Shown here in pieces: positions 25,801-38,425 of a stretch of DNA of 64,000 nt. The notes beneath the pieces were generated by a model, which was not told the origin of the DNA, did not search any database, and saw only the letters and a program-made list of their open reading frames with translations. The stretch spans positions 72,315-136,314 of the forward strand of contig NIVC01002838.1 of assembly GCA_002269645.1 (NCBI GenBank), read 5' to 3'. Source of the DNA: Macrostomum lignano. Lineage: Eukaryota. Position numbers and translations under genes: made by a program. Each line of letters opens with the position of its first letter. Position 1 is the stretch's first letter.

Positions 25801-28800
25801 TTCTCTTCTACCCCCTTCTCTTCTACCCCCTGCTCTTCTACCCTCTTCTCTTCTACCCCCTTCTCTTTTATCCCTCTTCTCATCTACCTTCTCGTTTTAT
25901 AAGCATTTTCTTCGACTCTACATTTCTTTCACCCTCTGTGGACCCTCTCTCCAAACACAGCTCCTCCAGCTTTCACAGCATATCGCCAAAAATCTCATAA
26001 CTTATTTTCTAACTAATTAGCTTGGCGGTTCACTTTTTTATAATTAATAATTACTGATGATGATAAAATCGATGACCTCAGCAGCTTCATACCCAGTTGG
26101 AAGTCACATAAAATTACCAGAAAAAGATGCTTTTATAATGCCACATCTGTATGATGCCCATCCCACATTCTTCTGAGACCGAAATTCAATGAATTACTGC
26201 TAGGCTTTGATGCAGGCAACCCTTAGAAACATCCATAATGAAATGAAGGCTGATTTACAGGAGAACCAAGTCAGGGTGCGGGCTGCTGTGCCAAACTAGC
26301 ATGCTAGAGAACTGCTCCACTTACTGACTGGGTATCGATTTAGTGATATACTGCCTGAGCTCATCCTTTTTGCATTGTGTCTGTCTCAGTGTCTCAGTGT
26401 CTCACAGTCTGTCTCGGTGTCTGTCCCAGTGTCTCAGTGTCTCACAGTCTGTCTCAGTGTCTGTCCCAGTGTCTCAGTGTCTCACAGTCTGTCTCGGTGT
26501 CTGTCCCAGTGTATCAGTGTCTCAGTGTCTGTCTCAGTGTCTGTCTCGTGTCTGTCTCGTGTCTGTCCCAGTGTATCAGTGTCTCAGTGTCTGTCTCGGT
26601 GTCTGTCTCGTGTCTGTCTCGTGTCTGTCCCAGTGTATCAGTGTCTCAGTGTCTGTCTTAGTGTCTGTCTCAGTGTCTGTCTCAGTGTCTGTCTCAGTGT
26701 CTGTCTCAGTGTCTGTCTTAGTGTCTGTCCCAGTGTATCAGTGTCTCAGTGTCTGTCTCAGTGTCTGTCTCAGTGTCTGTCTCAGTGTCTGTCTCAGTGT
26801 CTGTCTCAGTGTCTGTCTTAGTGTCTGTCCCAGTGTATCAGTGTCTCAGTGTCTGTCTCAGTGTCTGTCTCAGTGTCTGTCTCAGTGTCTGTCCCAGTGT
26901 CTCAGTGTCTCACAGTCTGTCTCGGTGTCTGTCCCAGTGTATCAGTGTCTCAGTGTCTGTCTCAGTGTCTGTCTCGTGTCTGTCTCGTGTCTGTCCCAGT
27001 GTATCAGTGTCTCAGTGTCTGTCTTAGTGTCTGTCTCAGTGTCTGTCTCAGTGTCTGTCTCAGTGTCTGTCTCAGTGTCTGTCTCAGTGTCTGTCTTAGT
27101 GTCTGTCCCAGTGTATCAGTGTCTCAGTGTCTGTCTCAGTGTCTGTCTCAGTGTCTGTCTCAGTGTCTGTCTTAGTGTCTGTCCCAGTGTATCAGTGTCT
27201 CAGTGTCTGTCTCAGTGTCTGTCTCAGTGTCTGTCTCGTGTCTGTCTCGTGTCTGTCCCAGTGTATCAGTGTCTCAGTGTCTGTCTCGTGTCTGTCTCGT
27301 GTCTGTCTCGTGTCTGTCTCAGTGTCTGTCTCAGTGTCTGTCTCAGTGTCTGTCTTAGTGTCTGTCTCAGTGTATCAGTGTCTCAGTGTCTGTCTCAGTC
27401 TGTCTCAGTGTCTGTCTCAGTGTCTGTCTCAGTGTCTGTCTCAGTGTCTGTCTTAGTGTCTGTCTCAGTGTATCAGTGTCTCAGTGTCTGTCTCAGTCTG
27501 TCTCAGTGTCTGTCTCGTGTCTGTCTCAGTGCCTGTCCCAGTGCCTGTCCCAGTGCCTGTCCCAGTGCCTGTCCCAGTGCCTGTAAATGTCGATATTGTC
27601 GCAACCATACCAGGTAATTCTGTTCAATTATTTATTAAAAAAACAATTAGTAGGCACAGATAATTCCAGTCTCACCTGGTCTCATCAAGGTAGACAGACT
27701 CCAGCACCTGAGCGGCATAAGTCAAATTCTTGATCAGTGCATCTTTTGATATACCGTCGCTTGCAACTAGTTTAGCAATTTTTCTTAGCCTGAAAATTTG
27801 CAGAAACGGAGCTTTGTTATAATCGACTTGCAGAATTAAATTTTAAAATATCAATCAAAAATAACAAATGCTTCGCCAACCCGCCCCAGCCTCATGCTCC
27901 AATCTCCATCTAATTTCCTGTTATGCATGGATTATCATCCTTCCACCATCATACAGACTTTAGAATCCGCCTCAGATTAGCCTTGGAGAGTCACTCTCGC
28001 TAAGATCACTAATAAGGCTGTCAGGCTGACGAGCGGGAGGCTGGGCAGGAAGGCAGGGAGATTAGCGGGATGCAAGCCAGTCTTCAAACTTTCTTAGCTA
28101 CGAAGAATTAATAGTCACTTGGGTTGGGAGCTTGTCAAGGAGTCCCACAGCCAGAACTTGTGGTCTCTCTCACTCACGAACTCACGAACTCACGAACTCA
28201 CGAACTCACGAACTCACGAACTCACAAACTCACGAACTCACGAACTCACAAACTCACTCACGAACTCACGAACTCACGAACTCACGAACTCACGAACTCA
28301 CAAACTCACGAACTCACGAACTCACAAACTCACTCACGAACTCACGAACTCACGAACTCACGAACTCACGAACTCACAAACTCACAAACTCACAAACTCA
28401 CGAACTCACAAACTCACTCACAAACTCACGAACTCACAAACTCACAAACTCACAAACTCACGAACTCACAAACTCACAAACTCACGAACTCACGAACTCA
28501 CTCATGAACTCACAACTCACTAACTCACGAACTCAAGAACTCACAAACTCAAGAACTCACGAACTCACGAACTCACGAACTCACGAACCTATGAACTCAC
28601 TCACAAAGTCACTCATGAACTCACAACTCACTAACTCACTAACTCACTAACTCACTAACTCACTCACGAACTCACAACTCACTAACTCACTAACTCACGA
28701 ACTCACGAACTCACGAACTCACAAACTCACGAACTCACGAACTCACAAACTCACTCACGAACTCACGAACTCACGAACCTATGAACTCACTCACAAAGTC

Positions 28801-30583
28801 ACTCATGAACTCACAACTCACTAACTCACTAACTCACTAACTCACTAACTCACTCACGAACTCGCGAACTCACGAACTCGCGAACTCACGAACTCACTCA
28901 CGAACTCACGAACTCACAAACTCACTCGCGAACTCGCGAACTCACTCACGAACTCGCGAACTCACACTCTCATAAATTTGTGCATTAAAATGAAGTTGTC
29001 TGAAGCCCGCTTGTTAATCCAGGTTTTGCTTCTACTAACTCAGTGTGGTCTCCTTGGTCATACAGGACAGGCCACAGGGGATTGGCACTTTAAAAAAAGC
29101 TCCAGATGCGACTGCCCGGCAGGAGGTCATCAAACTGATCCTCGAGGCCGTCAAACTTGATCCTGATCAGCCGTGTATATAAAGTTAGACCGACAAAATG
29201 GTCACAGGCAGAAAACGAAGGAGTTCGAGAGCTTCCCAGCGGGATAGGGGAGGCTCTTAAACGAGCCGATAGGCAGATCCACTTGACATTTTGTGATAGC
29301 GACTGCCTCGCCTTGATTTGGACTTATTTGATCATCAGTTGAGGTGCAGCCACTTGCTCAATAGTTTATCAATTGGCCCCTGATGAGCCGCTTAACTGGG
29401 CAGCTCTTTACTGCTCTGTCTTTATTCCTGTCTCTCTCCTGTCTGCCTTCCTGTCTCTCACTTCCTGTCTGTCTGACTGTCTGTCTGACTGTCTCTCTCC
29501 TTGTCTGCCTTCCTGTCTCTCACTTCCTGTCTGTCTGACTGTCTCTCTCCTGTCTGCCTTCCTGTCTCTCACTTCCTGTCTGTCTGACTGTCTCTCTCTT
29601 GTCTGCCTTCCTGTCTCTCACTTCCTGTCTGTCTGACTGTCTCTCTCCTTGTCTGCCGTCTGCCTTCCTGTCTCTCACTTCCTGTCTGTCTGACTGTCTG
29701 TCTTTATCTCTGTCTTCATGTCTGTCTTCATGTCTGCCTTCATGTCCGTCTGACTGTCTGTCTGACTGTCTGTCTTTCTGTCTGTCTTTCTGTCTGTCTT
29801 CCTGTCTGTCTTCATGTCTGTCTTTCTGTCTGTCTTCCTGTCTGTCTTCATGTCTGTCTTTCTGTCTGTCTTCCTGTCTGTCTTCCTATCTGACTTCCTG
29901 TCTGTCTTCATGTTCGTCTTCCTGTCTGTCATCATGTCCGTCTTTCTGTCTGTCTTCATGTCTGTCTTCATTTCCGTCTTCCTGTCTGTCATCATGTCCG
30001 TCTTTCTGTCTGTCTTCATGTTCGTCTTCCTGTCTGTCATCATGTCCGTCTTTCTGTCTGTCTTCATTTCCGTCTTCCTGTCTGTCATCATGTCCGTCTT
30101 TCTGTCTGTCTTCATTTCCGTCTTCCTGTCTGTCTCCCTGTCTGTCTGACTGTCTCTCTTCCTGTCTCTCTGTCTCTTTCTCTGCCTCTCCGTTTCTCCT
30201 CGTCTTTGAGTCTCCCCGCCAATCATATTGCTTGACCTTAAAAATATTTTGCAATCAACTTTAATCCACCTATCTGCAGATTGTAAGGCCATAAAAATCC
30301 CAGGATCACACTGTTGGGAATCTGCACTTCAGCTGAAATGCACTCAAGTTTATTTTTCAGCTTGCGGAGAGATGGCACCGTGTATGAATCTAATGGAAAA
30401 AAAATTAAGCCGCAATAAAATAAAAAGTTTGTTGAGCTCACCGAATCGAGCAGGAGTAGCTGGCCTCGGCTTCGCCAGGGGCGGGCATCCTGTCCGGGTC
30501 CAGGTCCGGGTCCGAGCTTATGGCGGCCTCCGCCTGCGGAACACTCGGGTTCAAAGCTCGGTTCGGGCTCGCGAAGTCAGCCT
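13141..30583 (-). CDS. PDE1: Ca2+/calmodulin-dependent 3',5'-cyclic nucleotide phosphodiesterase (PDE1 family), at least 550 aa, 5' end incomplete
   Basis: 13 phase-consistent exons: 30442-30583, 27676-27789, 23947-24126, 23085-23151, 22861-22980, 21831-21971, 18953-19179, 17837-17938, 15522-15642, 15098-15179, 14877-15002, 13805-13888, 13141-13289. PDE1 N-terminal motifs (NLTYAAQVLESVYLDETRRL, EVRDWLASTFTR, KPKFRSVANAIRAGIMVER) and catalytic motifs (PYHNLVHGAD, HDYEHTGTTN, HCADISHP, SQVGFIDF) are intact. Confidence 0.93.
14465..14605. repeat. Short tandem repeat, ~3 x ~50 bp (GGGTAGTTCCACCGACCAAT...TTCAAGCTA)
   Basis: Three imperfect copies. Confidence 0.7.
14877..15642 (-). CDS. PDE1: PDE1 exons 15522-15642, 15098-15179 and 14877-15002
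   Basis: LHCADISHP...EEFFRQ | GDREK...PLCDR...QSQVG | FIDFIMEPSF. Confidence 0.92.
15235..15490. repeat. Degenerate GATTGATAA repeat
   Basis: Visible low-complexity tandem pattern. Confidence 0.75.
17837..17938 (-). CDS. PDE1: PDE1 exon
   Basis: EFRALVIDMVLNTDMSLHFQQIK. Confidence 0.92.
17990..18865. repeat. 20-bp minisatellite (GATCTGTTAGACAGAACCCT)
   Basis: About 43 tandem units filling a PDE1 intron. Confidence 0.95.
18953..19179 (-). CDS. PDE1: PDE1 exon (HD motif)
   Basis: NWLTDLEIFA...IHDYEHTGTTNNFH...LENHHAS. Confidence 0.95.
19500..20470. repeat. 10-bp purine minisatellite (GGAGATGAGA/T/G)
   Basis: Tandem units visible directly. Confidence 0.93.
20995..21815. repeat. 16-bp minisatellite (CCATATTGTCACAGCT)
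   Basis: About 50 units; abuts the PDE1 donor at 21830. Confidence 0.95.
21831..21971 (-). CDS. PDE1: PDE1 exon (HNxxH metal-binding motif)
   Basis: INTNVLENFL...NPYHNLVHGADVAQTCHF. Confidence 0.93.
22040..22780. repeat. 30-bp minisatellite (GAGTGACCATGAGAGAGTGACAAAGTKACG)
   Basis: Tandem units visible directly. Confidence 0.93.
22861..23151 (-). CDS. PDE1: PDE1 exons 23085-23151 and 22861-22980
   Basis: IYRRLSS...LLK | AGLDDWCFNIFEL...LINKFK. Confidence 0.9.
23290..23910. repeat. 22-bp minisatellite (GGAGACAGAGATGGGGAGAGAG)
   Basis: Tandem units visible directly. Confidence 0.93.
23947..24126 (-). CDS. PDE1: PDE1 exon (inhibitory segment and second CaM-binding region)
   Basis: RLCNEEDEL...VRDWLASTFTR...KPKFRSVANAIRAGIMVER. 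Confidence 0.93.
24527..24540 (-). promoter_or_regulatory. Candidate RFX X-box (ATCACCATGGCAAC) inside a PDE1 intron
   Basis: Matches RYYNYY-WW-RRNRAC. An E2F-like TTCCCGCG lies at ~24511 and an X-box half site GTTGCTAAGG at ~24563. Confidence 0.4.
25105..25875. repeat. 15-bp pyrimidine minisatellite (TTCTCTTCTACCCCC)
   Basis: Tandem units visible directly. Confidence 0.93.
26375..27585. repeat. 12-bp minisatellite (GTGTCTGTCTCA) with variants
   Basis: Tandem units visible directly. Confidence 0.93.
27676..27789 (-). CDS. PDE1: PDE1 exon (first CaM-binding region)
   Basis: RLRKIAKLV...LESVYLDETR. Confidence 0.9.
28170..28970. repeat. 8-bp minisatellite (CTCACGAA/CTCACAAA)
   Basis: Tandem units visible directly. 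Confidence 0.93.
29415..30190. repeat. Compound TCTG/TCTGTCTTCATG low-complexity array
   Basis: Tandem 12/24-bp-type units. Confidence 0.85.
30442..30583 (-). CDS. PDE1: PDE1 exon (N-terminal linker)
   Basis: Acceptor CTTCAG, donor CG|GTGAGC; in frame with the next exon. Confidence 0.7.
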
Positions 30584-30607
30584 CTGAAGGTGTGAGGTGT
30601 TGGACTG

Positions 30608-31455
30608 CGTCAGTCAGGCAGTCAGTCAGTCAGTCAGTCAGTCAGTCAGTCAGTCAGTCAGTCAGTCAGTCAGTCAGTCAGGCAGTCAGTCAGTCAGTCA
30701 GTCAGTCAGTCAGGCAGTCAGTCAGTCAGTCAGTCAGTCAGTCAGTCAGTCAGTCAGGCAGTCAGTCAGTCAGTCAGGCAGTCAGTCAGTCAGTCAGTCA
30801 GTCAGTCAGTCAGTCAGTCAGTCAGTCAGTCAGGCAGTCAGGCAGGCAGGCAGTCAGGCAGTCAGTCAGTCAGTCAGTCAGTCAGTCAGTCAGTCAGTCA
30901 GTCAGTCAGGCAGTCAGTCAGTCAGTCAGGCAGGCAGTCAGTCAGTCAGTCAGGCAGGCAGTCAGTCAGTCAGTCAGTCAGTCAGTCAGTCAGTCAGTCA
31001 GTCAGTCAGTCAGTCAGTCAGTCAGTCAGTCAGGCAGTCAGTCAGTCAGTCAGGCAGGCAGTCAGTCAGTCAGTCAGGCAGGCAGTCAGTCAGTCAGTCA
31101 GTCAGTCAGTCAGTCAGTCAGTCAGTCAGTCAGTCAGTCAGTCAGTCAGTCAGTCAGTCAGTCAGTCAGTCAGTCAGTCAGTCAGTCAGTCAGTCAGTCA
31201 GTCAGTCAGTCAGTCAGTCAGTCAGTCAGTCAGTCAGTCAGTCAGTCAGTCAGTCAGTCAGTCAGTCAGTCAGTCAGTCAGTCAGTCAGTCAGTCAGTCA
31301 GTCAGTCAGTCAGTCAGTCAGTCAGTCAGTCAGTCAGTCAGTCAGTCAGTCAGTCAGGCAGTCAGTCAGTCAGTCAGTCAGTCAGTCAGTCAGTCAGTCA
31401 GTCAGTCAGTCAGTCAGTCAGTCAGTCAGTCAGTCAGTCAGTCAGTCAGTCAGTC
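30608..31455. repeat. (CAGT)n tetranucleotide microsatellite, ~850 bp
   Basis: Near-perfect CAGT with CAGG interruptions; starts about 25 bp from a PDE1 acceptor. Confidence 0.97.
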
Positions 31456-31799
31456 GACCTCAGTCTGCACGAAAATACGAATAAAATCTATCCCTAATTC
31501 CTTTAGACCTCACTCAGCTATCCCACATCCCGCAACCCTCCTCATCGCGTTTTTTCAGCTTCATCGGGCGCGGGACGCTTGTCTCCTCAGAGCAAAGTAG
31601 CTGATGCTATCTGAATTATTAGATTTTCTAGCTGAGGAACTTCTCAGTTGGGGGATGCGAGGAAATGAGGGACTATGGATTTCGAATTGTTCCGATGGTG
31701 GGCTGCCCTATGTGCCTGCACTTTTACTGCCCGGGGTAAACAGCTAAGTTTTTGGGAGAACTTGTGGGTCATTTTCTCGGCTATGGTGTCCACGGGTGT

Positions 31800-32360
31800 A
31801 TGTCTTTGTTCTAAAGTGTGTGTCTTTGGTCTAAAGTGTGCCTTTGGTCTAAAGTGTGTCTTCTTGGTGTAAGTTTCTTTAGTCTAAAGTGTGTCTTTGG
31901 TCTAAAGTGTGTTTTTGGTCTAAAGTGTGCCTTTGGTCTAAAGTGTGTCTTCTTGGTGTAAGTTTCTTTAGTCTAAAGTGTGTGTCTTTGGTCTAAAGTG
32001 TGTCTTCTTGGTCTAAAGTGTGTCTTCTTGGTCTAAGTGTGTCTTTAGTCTAAAGTGTGTCTTTGGTCTAAAGTGTGTTTTTGGTCTAAAGTGTGTCTTT
32101 GGTCTAAAGTGTGTCTTTGGTCTAAAGTGTGCTTTTGGTCTAAAGTGTGTCTTATTGGTCTAAAGTATATCTTTAGTCTAAAGTGTGCCTTTGGTCTAAA
32201 GTGTGCCATTTGTCTAAAATGTATGTCTTTGGTCTAAAGTGTGTGTCTTTAGTTTAAAGTGATTCTTTGGTATAAAGTGTGTTTTTGGTCTAAAGTGTGC
32301 ATTTGGTCTAAAGTGTATTTACGCTCTAAAATGTGTCTTTGGCTTAAAGTTTGTCTTTGG
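31800..32360. repeat. 18-bp minisatellite (GGTCTAAAGTGTGTCTTT)
   Basis: Tandem units visible directly. Confidence 0.9.
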
Positions 32361-33019
32361 CCTAATTGTGTCAGTAGTGCATAACGTGCCTTTCGTTTAC
32401 CAAAGTAAGTATCTAATCTAGAAGTGTGTCGAGCGAGGTTAATCAATTGAATTCCAGCAGTTTTGAGCCGAACTCTGACAGGATCAGTGAGATACCGGAG
32501 AGTGCAAACCAAGCAAAAAGCATTGAAAATCGAAAACCTATATTGTTGCCAATGCGGGTCTACTCACATTCTTAAAGCTGACTCGTGATATGCTGATCTC
32601 AAAAAAATCTAGAACATATCCAGTCGAACTTTGAGTTGAGTTATTTTTGTGTGTACTGTTCGATGAATCGAACACTTCTTGCTTGAGTTTGGTGGAGGGT
32701 TTTTCTAGGAAAAATCACATCTCTAGGATGAGGCCGGTGCAGAATCTGTTTTAAGCTACGCCCGTTTCTCGTCACAACCAATACCGAAAGCAAACCAATG
32801 GGAAGCCGTTCAATGGGAGTTTTTTCTGCGACACTTCCTGTTTGACTGATTCATAACAAAAACAAATAATGAAATAGCTAATGAAGAATAAATAGAAATA
32901 ATTAGAACTACAAAATAGTTATTTTGTAGCATACTTAACCCAGAATATTTAAGCGGCAGTGAAGTTCCTTGAAACTCTTATTTAAAAGACAGAATTCCAC
33001 GAAAAAGTTTTTGAAGGAT

Positions 33020-33990
33020 CGCAGACATTCCTGGAAAGGCATTTTTAAAGGGCTTCAGACATTCCTGGAAAGGCATTTTTAAAGGGCTTCAGACATTCCT
33101 GGAAAGGCATTTTTGAAAGGCCGCAGACATTCTTGGAAAGGAATTTTTGAAGGGCCGCAGACATTCCTGGAAATCTTTTATTGAAGGGCCGCAGACATTC
33201 CTGGAAAGGCATTTTTGAAGGGACGCAGACATCCCGGAAAGGCATTTTTGAAGGGACGCAGACATTCCTGGAAAGGCCTTTTTTTGAAGGGACGCAGACA
33301 TTCCTGGAAAGGCATTTTTGAAGGGCCGCAGACATTCCTGGAAAGGCATTTTTGAAGGGCCGCAAACATTCCTGGAAAGGCATTTTTGAAGGGCCGCAGA
33401 CATTCCAGGAAAGGCCTTTTTTGAAGGGCCGCAGACATTCCTGGAAAGGCATTTTTGAAGGGCCGCAGACATTCCTGGAAAGGCATTTTTGAAGGGCCGC
33501 AGACATTCCTGGAAAGCATTTTTGAAGGGCTGCAGACATTCCTGGAAAGGCATTTTTGAAGGGCTGCAGACATTCCTGGAAAGCATTTTTTTGAAGGACT
33601 GCAGACATTCCTGGAAATCTTTTATTGAAGGGCCGCAGACATTCCAGGGAAGGCCTTTTTTGAAGGGACGCAGACATTATTGGAAAGGCATTTTGAAGGG
33701 CCACAGTCATTCTTGGAAAGGCATTTTTGAAGGGCCGCAGACATTTCCTGGAAATCTTTTATTGAAGGGCCGCAGACATTCCTGGAAAGGCATTTTTGAA
33801 GGGCCGCAGACATTCCTGGAAAGGCATTTTTGAAGGGCTGCAGACATTCCTGGAAAGGCCTTTTTTGAAGGGCCGCAGACATTCCTGGAAAGGCATTTTT
33901 GAAGGGCCGCAGACATTCCTGGAAAGGCATTTTTGAAGGGCTGCAGACATTCCTGGAAAGGCCTTTTTTGAAGGGCCGCAGACATTCCTA
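33020..33990. repeat. 34-bp minisatellite (GAAGGGCCGCAGACATTCCTGGAAAGGCATTTTT)
   Basis: About 28 units. Confidence 0.95.
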
Positions 33991-35014
33991 GAGACCAGAA
34001 TATTTTAGCGACTGTATGAAAGTTGTGGATAATCAATGATTTCACAGCCATGAAATTTTTTTAAAAATCTAAAAATTTCAAGGTCACTGAAATTCCCGGA
34101 AGCACCACTGACGTTCCAGAAAAGCACATTTCTACAAAACATTTTGACTGAGCAGATATTGGTTGGATGAAGTATATAAAAAAGCAAAAAAATGCGTCAG
34201 TTAAATTGATAAAAGGGCCATGAATTTTTTCCGTACTGAGCTTATCAACCTCGATGTTAAAGGGGTTGACAGCCGAAAATATATTTAATATTTCTCCGAT
34301 TTTCGGGACAGAAAATCGAAACGTTTGTAGCGATCCCGGTCTGGTTAGCTTCGGGCTGTTTCGAAAAATCGATATTTTTACAAATTGAACATTGAGTTCT
34401 TTACTTATAGTAGACACACACAAATCTAGGACATTGTTATCTAAATTGTTATTTACAAAATTATTTTTTCGATTTATCGATAAAATGGAAACCTTTGCAG
34501 GATAAAATTAATGGCCCTTCAATAAAAAATTAATGATTTTTATCAAACAATTTGACTCTTGAACACATAAAAGCGCATAAAATCGCAAAAGTGCTCACTT
34601 GCCGACTCAACCAGAATTTGAGGTCTGTGACATCTCGCATTCTCATCCATGGCTCAATCAGAAATATCCTTCCTTTGAGCTTGCTGTTTGAGTTTTAACA
34701 GATAGTCAAGACTTTACTTGTCTGTCAAAGATTGCAACCTCTCTGCATAGCAACAAATACAGTGATAAATACATTGGACTGTCTCAACTGCTTGGATCTA
34801 AAGATGCACCAATGGTAGGGCAGGGATCTGCTTGGGCTAGCGATCGGCCAATGGCTGCCTCAGTTGCGTTACATTCGTTCTTCACTTCACTTGCATGTGG
34901 GGATGAAGTGTGCAGAGAGGCGGCGGATGAACCATTCAAAGGTGGAGATGGGGGCGGGGAGGACGGAGAGCAAGGCTGAGGACGAGAAGAGGTGAGACAT
35001 TGCGGAGGAGTAGA

Positions 35015-38000
35015 CGAGAGGGAGATGGCAGGAGGGAGAGGAGAGAGATGGCAGCAGAGAGAGGAGAGAGATGGCAGCAGAGAGAGGAGAGAGATGGCAG
35101 CAGAGAGAGGAGAGAGATGGCAGCAAAGAGAGGAGAGAGATGGCAGCAGAGAGAGGAGAGAGATGGCAGCAGAGAGAGGAGAGAGATGGCAGCAGAGAGA
35201 GGAGAGAGATGGCAGTGAGAGGAGAGAGATGGCAGCAGAGAGAGGAGAGAGATGGCAGCAGAGAGAGGAGAGAGATGGCAGCAGAGAGAGGAGAGAGATG
35301 GCAGCAGAGAGAGGAGAGAGATGGCAGCAGAGAGAGGAGAGAGATGGCAGCAGAGAGAGGTGAGAGATGGCAGCAGAGAGAGGAGAGAGATGGCAGCAGA
35401 GAGAGGAGAGAGATGGCAGTGAGAGGAGAGAGATGGCAGCAGAGAGAGGAGAGAGATGGCAGTGAGAGGTGAGAGATGGCAGCAGAGAGAGGAGAGAGAT
35501 GGCAGCAGAGAGAGGAGAGAGATGGCAGCAGAGAGAGGAGAGAGATGGCAGCAGAGAGAGGAGAGAGATGGCAGCAGAGAGAGGAGAGAGATGGCAGCAG
35601 AGAGAGGAGAGAGATGGCAGTGAGAGGAGAGAGATGGCAGCAGAGAGAGGAGAGAGATGGCAGTGAGAGGTGAGAGATGGCAGCAGAGAGAGGAGAGAGA
35701 TGGCAGCAGAGAGAGGAGAGAGATGGCAGCAGAGAGAGGAGAGAGATGGCAGCAGAGAGAGGAGAGAGATGGCAGCAGAGAGAGGAGAGAGATGGCAGTG
35801 AGAGGTGAGAGATGGCAGCAGAGAGAGGAGAGAGATGGCAGCAGAGAGAGGAGAGAGATGGCAGCAGAGAGAGGAGAGAGATGGCAGCAGAGAGAGGAGA
35901 GAGATGGCAGCAGAGAGAGGAGAGAGATGGCAGCAGAGAGAGGAGAGAGATGGCAGTGAGAGGAGAGAGATGGCAGCAGAGAGAGGAGAGAGATGGCAGT
36001 GAGAGGTGAGAGATGGCAGCAGAGAGAGGAGAGAGATGGCAGTGAGAGGAGAGAGATGGCAGCAGAGAGAGGAGAGAGATGGCAGTGAGAGGTGAGAGAT
36101 GGCAGCAGAGAGAGGAGAGAGATGGCAGCAGAGAGAGGAGAGAGATGGCAGTGAGAGGAGAGAGATGGCAGCAGAGAGGAGAGAGATTGTAGCAGAGAGA
36201 GGAGAGAGATGGCAGCAGAGAGAGGAGAGAGATGGCAGTGAGAGGAGAGAGATGGCAGCAGAGAGAGGAGAGAGATGGCAGCAGAGAGAGGAGAGAGATG
36301 GCAGTGAGAGGTGAGAGATGGCAGCAGAGAGAGGAGAGAGATGGCAGCAGAGAGAGGAGAGAGATGGCAGTGAGAGGAGAGAGATGGCAGCAGAGAGGAG
36401 AGAGATGGCAGCAGAGAGAGGAGAGAGATGGCAGCAGAGAGAGGAGAGAGATGGCAGCAGAGAGAGGAGAGAGATGGCAGCAGAGAGAGGAGAGAGATGG
36501 CAGTGAGAGGTGAGAGATGGCAGCAGAGAGAGGAGAGAGATGGCAGTGAGAGGAGAGAGATGGCAGCAGAGAGAGGAGAGAGATGGCAGCAGAGAGAGGA
36601 GAGAGATGGCAGTGAGAGGAGAGAGATGGCAGCAGAGAGAGGAGAGAGATGGCAGTGAGAGGTGAGAGATGGCAGCAGAGAGAGGAGAGAGATGGCAGCA
36701 GAGAGAGGAGAGAGATGGCAGTGAGAGGTGAGAGATGGCAGCAGAGAGAGGAGAGAGATGGCAGCAGAGAGAGGAGAGAGATGGCAGTGAGAGGAGAGAG
36801 ATGGCAGCAGAGAGGAGAGAGATGGCAGCAGAGAGAGGAGAGAGATGGTAGCAGAGAGAGGAGAGAGATGGCAGCAGAGAGAGGAGAGAGATGGCAGCAG
36901 AGAGAGGAGAGAGATGGCAGCAGAGAGAGGAGAAAGATGGCAGCAGAGAGAGGAGAGAGATGGCAGTGAGAGGAGAGAGATGGCAGCAGAGAGAGGAGAG
37001 AGATTGTAGCAGAGAGAGGAGAGAGATGGCAGCAGAGAGAGGAGAGAGATGGCAGTGAGAGGAGAGAGATGGCAGCAGAGAGAGGAGAGAGATGGCAGTG
37101 AGAGGAGAGAGATGGCAGCAGAGAGAGGAGAGAGATGGCAGTGAGAGGTGAGAGATGGCAGCAGAGAGAGGAGAGAGATGGCAGCAGAGAGAGGAGAGAG
37201 ATGGCAGTGAGAGGAGAGAGATGGCAGCAGAGAGGAGAGAGATGGTAGCAGAGAGAGGAGAGAGATGGCAGCAGAGAGAGGAGAGAGATGGCAGCAGAGA
37301 GAGGAGAGAGATGGCAGCAGAGAGAGGAGAGAGATGGCAGTGAGAGGAGAGAGATGGCAGCAGAGAGGAGAGAGATGGTAGCAGAGAGAGGAGAGAGATG
37401 GCAGCAGAGAGAGGAGAGAGATGGCAGCAGAGAGAGGAGAGAGATGGCAGCAGAGAGAGGAGAGAGATGGCAGCAGAGAGAGGAGAGAGATGGCAGCAGA
37501 GAGAGGAGAGAGATGGCAGCAGAGAGAGGAGAGAGATGGCAGCAGAGAGAGGAGAGAGATGGCAGCAGAGAGAGGAGAGAGATGGCAGCAGAGAGAGGAG
37601 AGAGATGGCAGTGAGAGGTGAGAGATGGCAGCAGAGAGAGGAGAGAGATGGCAGTGAGAGGAGAGAGATGGCAGCAGAGAGAGGAGAGAGATGGCAGCAG
37701 AGAGAGGAGAGAGATGGCAGTGAGAGGAGAGAGATGGCAGCAGAGAGAGGAGAGAGATGGCAGTGAGAGGTGAGAGATGGCAGCAGAGAGAGGAGAGAGA
37801 TGGCAGTGAGAGGAGAGAGATGGCAGCAGAGAGAGGAGAGAGATGGCAGTGAGAGGTGAGAGATGGCAGCAGAGAGAGGAGAGAGATGGCAGCAGAGAGA
37901 GGAGAGAGATGGCAGTGAGAGGAGAGAGATGGCAGCAGAGAGGAGAGAGATTGTAGCAGAGAGAGGAGAGAGATGGCAGCAGAGAGAGGAGAGAGATGGC

Positions 38001-38425
38001 AGCAGAGAGAGGAGAGAGATGGCAGCAGAGAGAGGAGAGAGATGGCAGCAGAGAGAGGAGAGAGATGGCAGCAGAGAGAGGAGAGAGATGGCAGAAGGGA
38101 GAGGAGAGAGATGGCAGCAGAGAGAGGAGAGAGATGGCAGCAGAGAGAGGAGAGAGGTGGCAGAAGGGAGAGGAGAGAGATGGCAGCAGAGAGAGGAGAG
38201 AGATGGCAGAAGGGAGAGGAGAGAGATGGCAGCAGAGAGAGGAGAGAGATGGCAGAAGGGAGAGGAGAGAGATGGCAGCAGAGAGAGGAGAGAGATAGCA
38301 GCAGAGAGAGGAGAGAGATGGCAGCAGAGAGAGGAGAGAGATGGCAGAAGGGAGAGGAGAGAGATGGCAGCAGAGAGAGGAGAGAGATGGCAGCAGAGAG
38401 AGGAGAGAGATGGCAGAGAGAGAAG
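35015..38425. repeat. 23-bp minisatellite (GAGAGATGGCAGCAGAGAGAGGA), ~3.4 kb
   Basis: Largest array in the window; source of the 1200-aa artefact ORFs. Confidence 0.97.

Noticed and set aside
34790-34990. Possible PDE1 exon (PSSPPPSPPLNGSSAAS...)
   Set aside because: No convincing acceptor and donor pair with a compatible phase.
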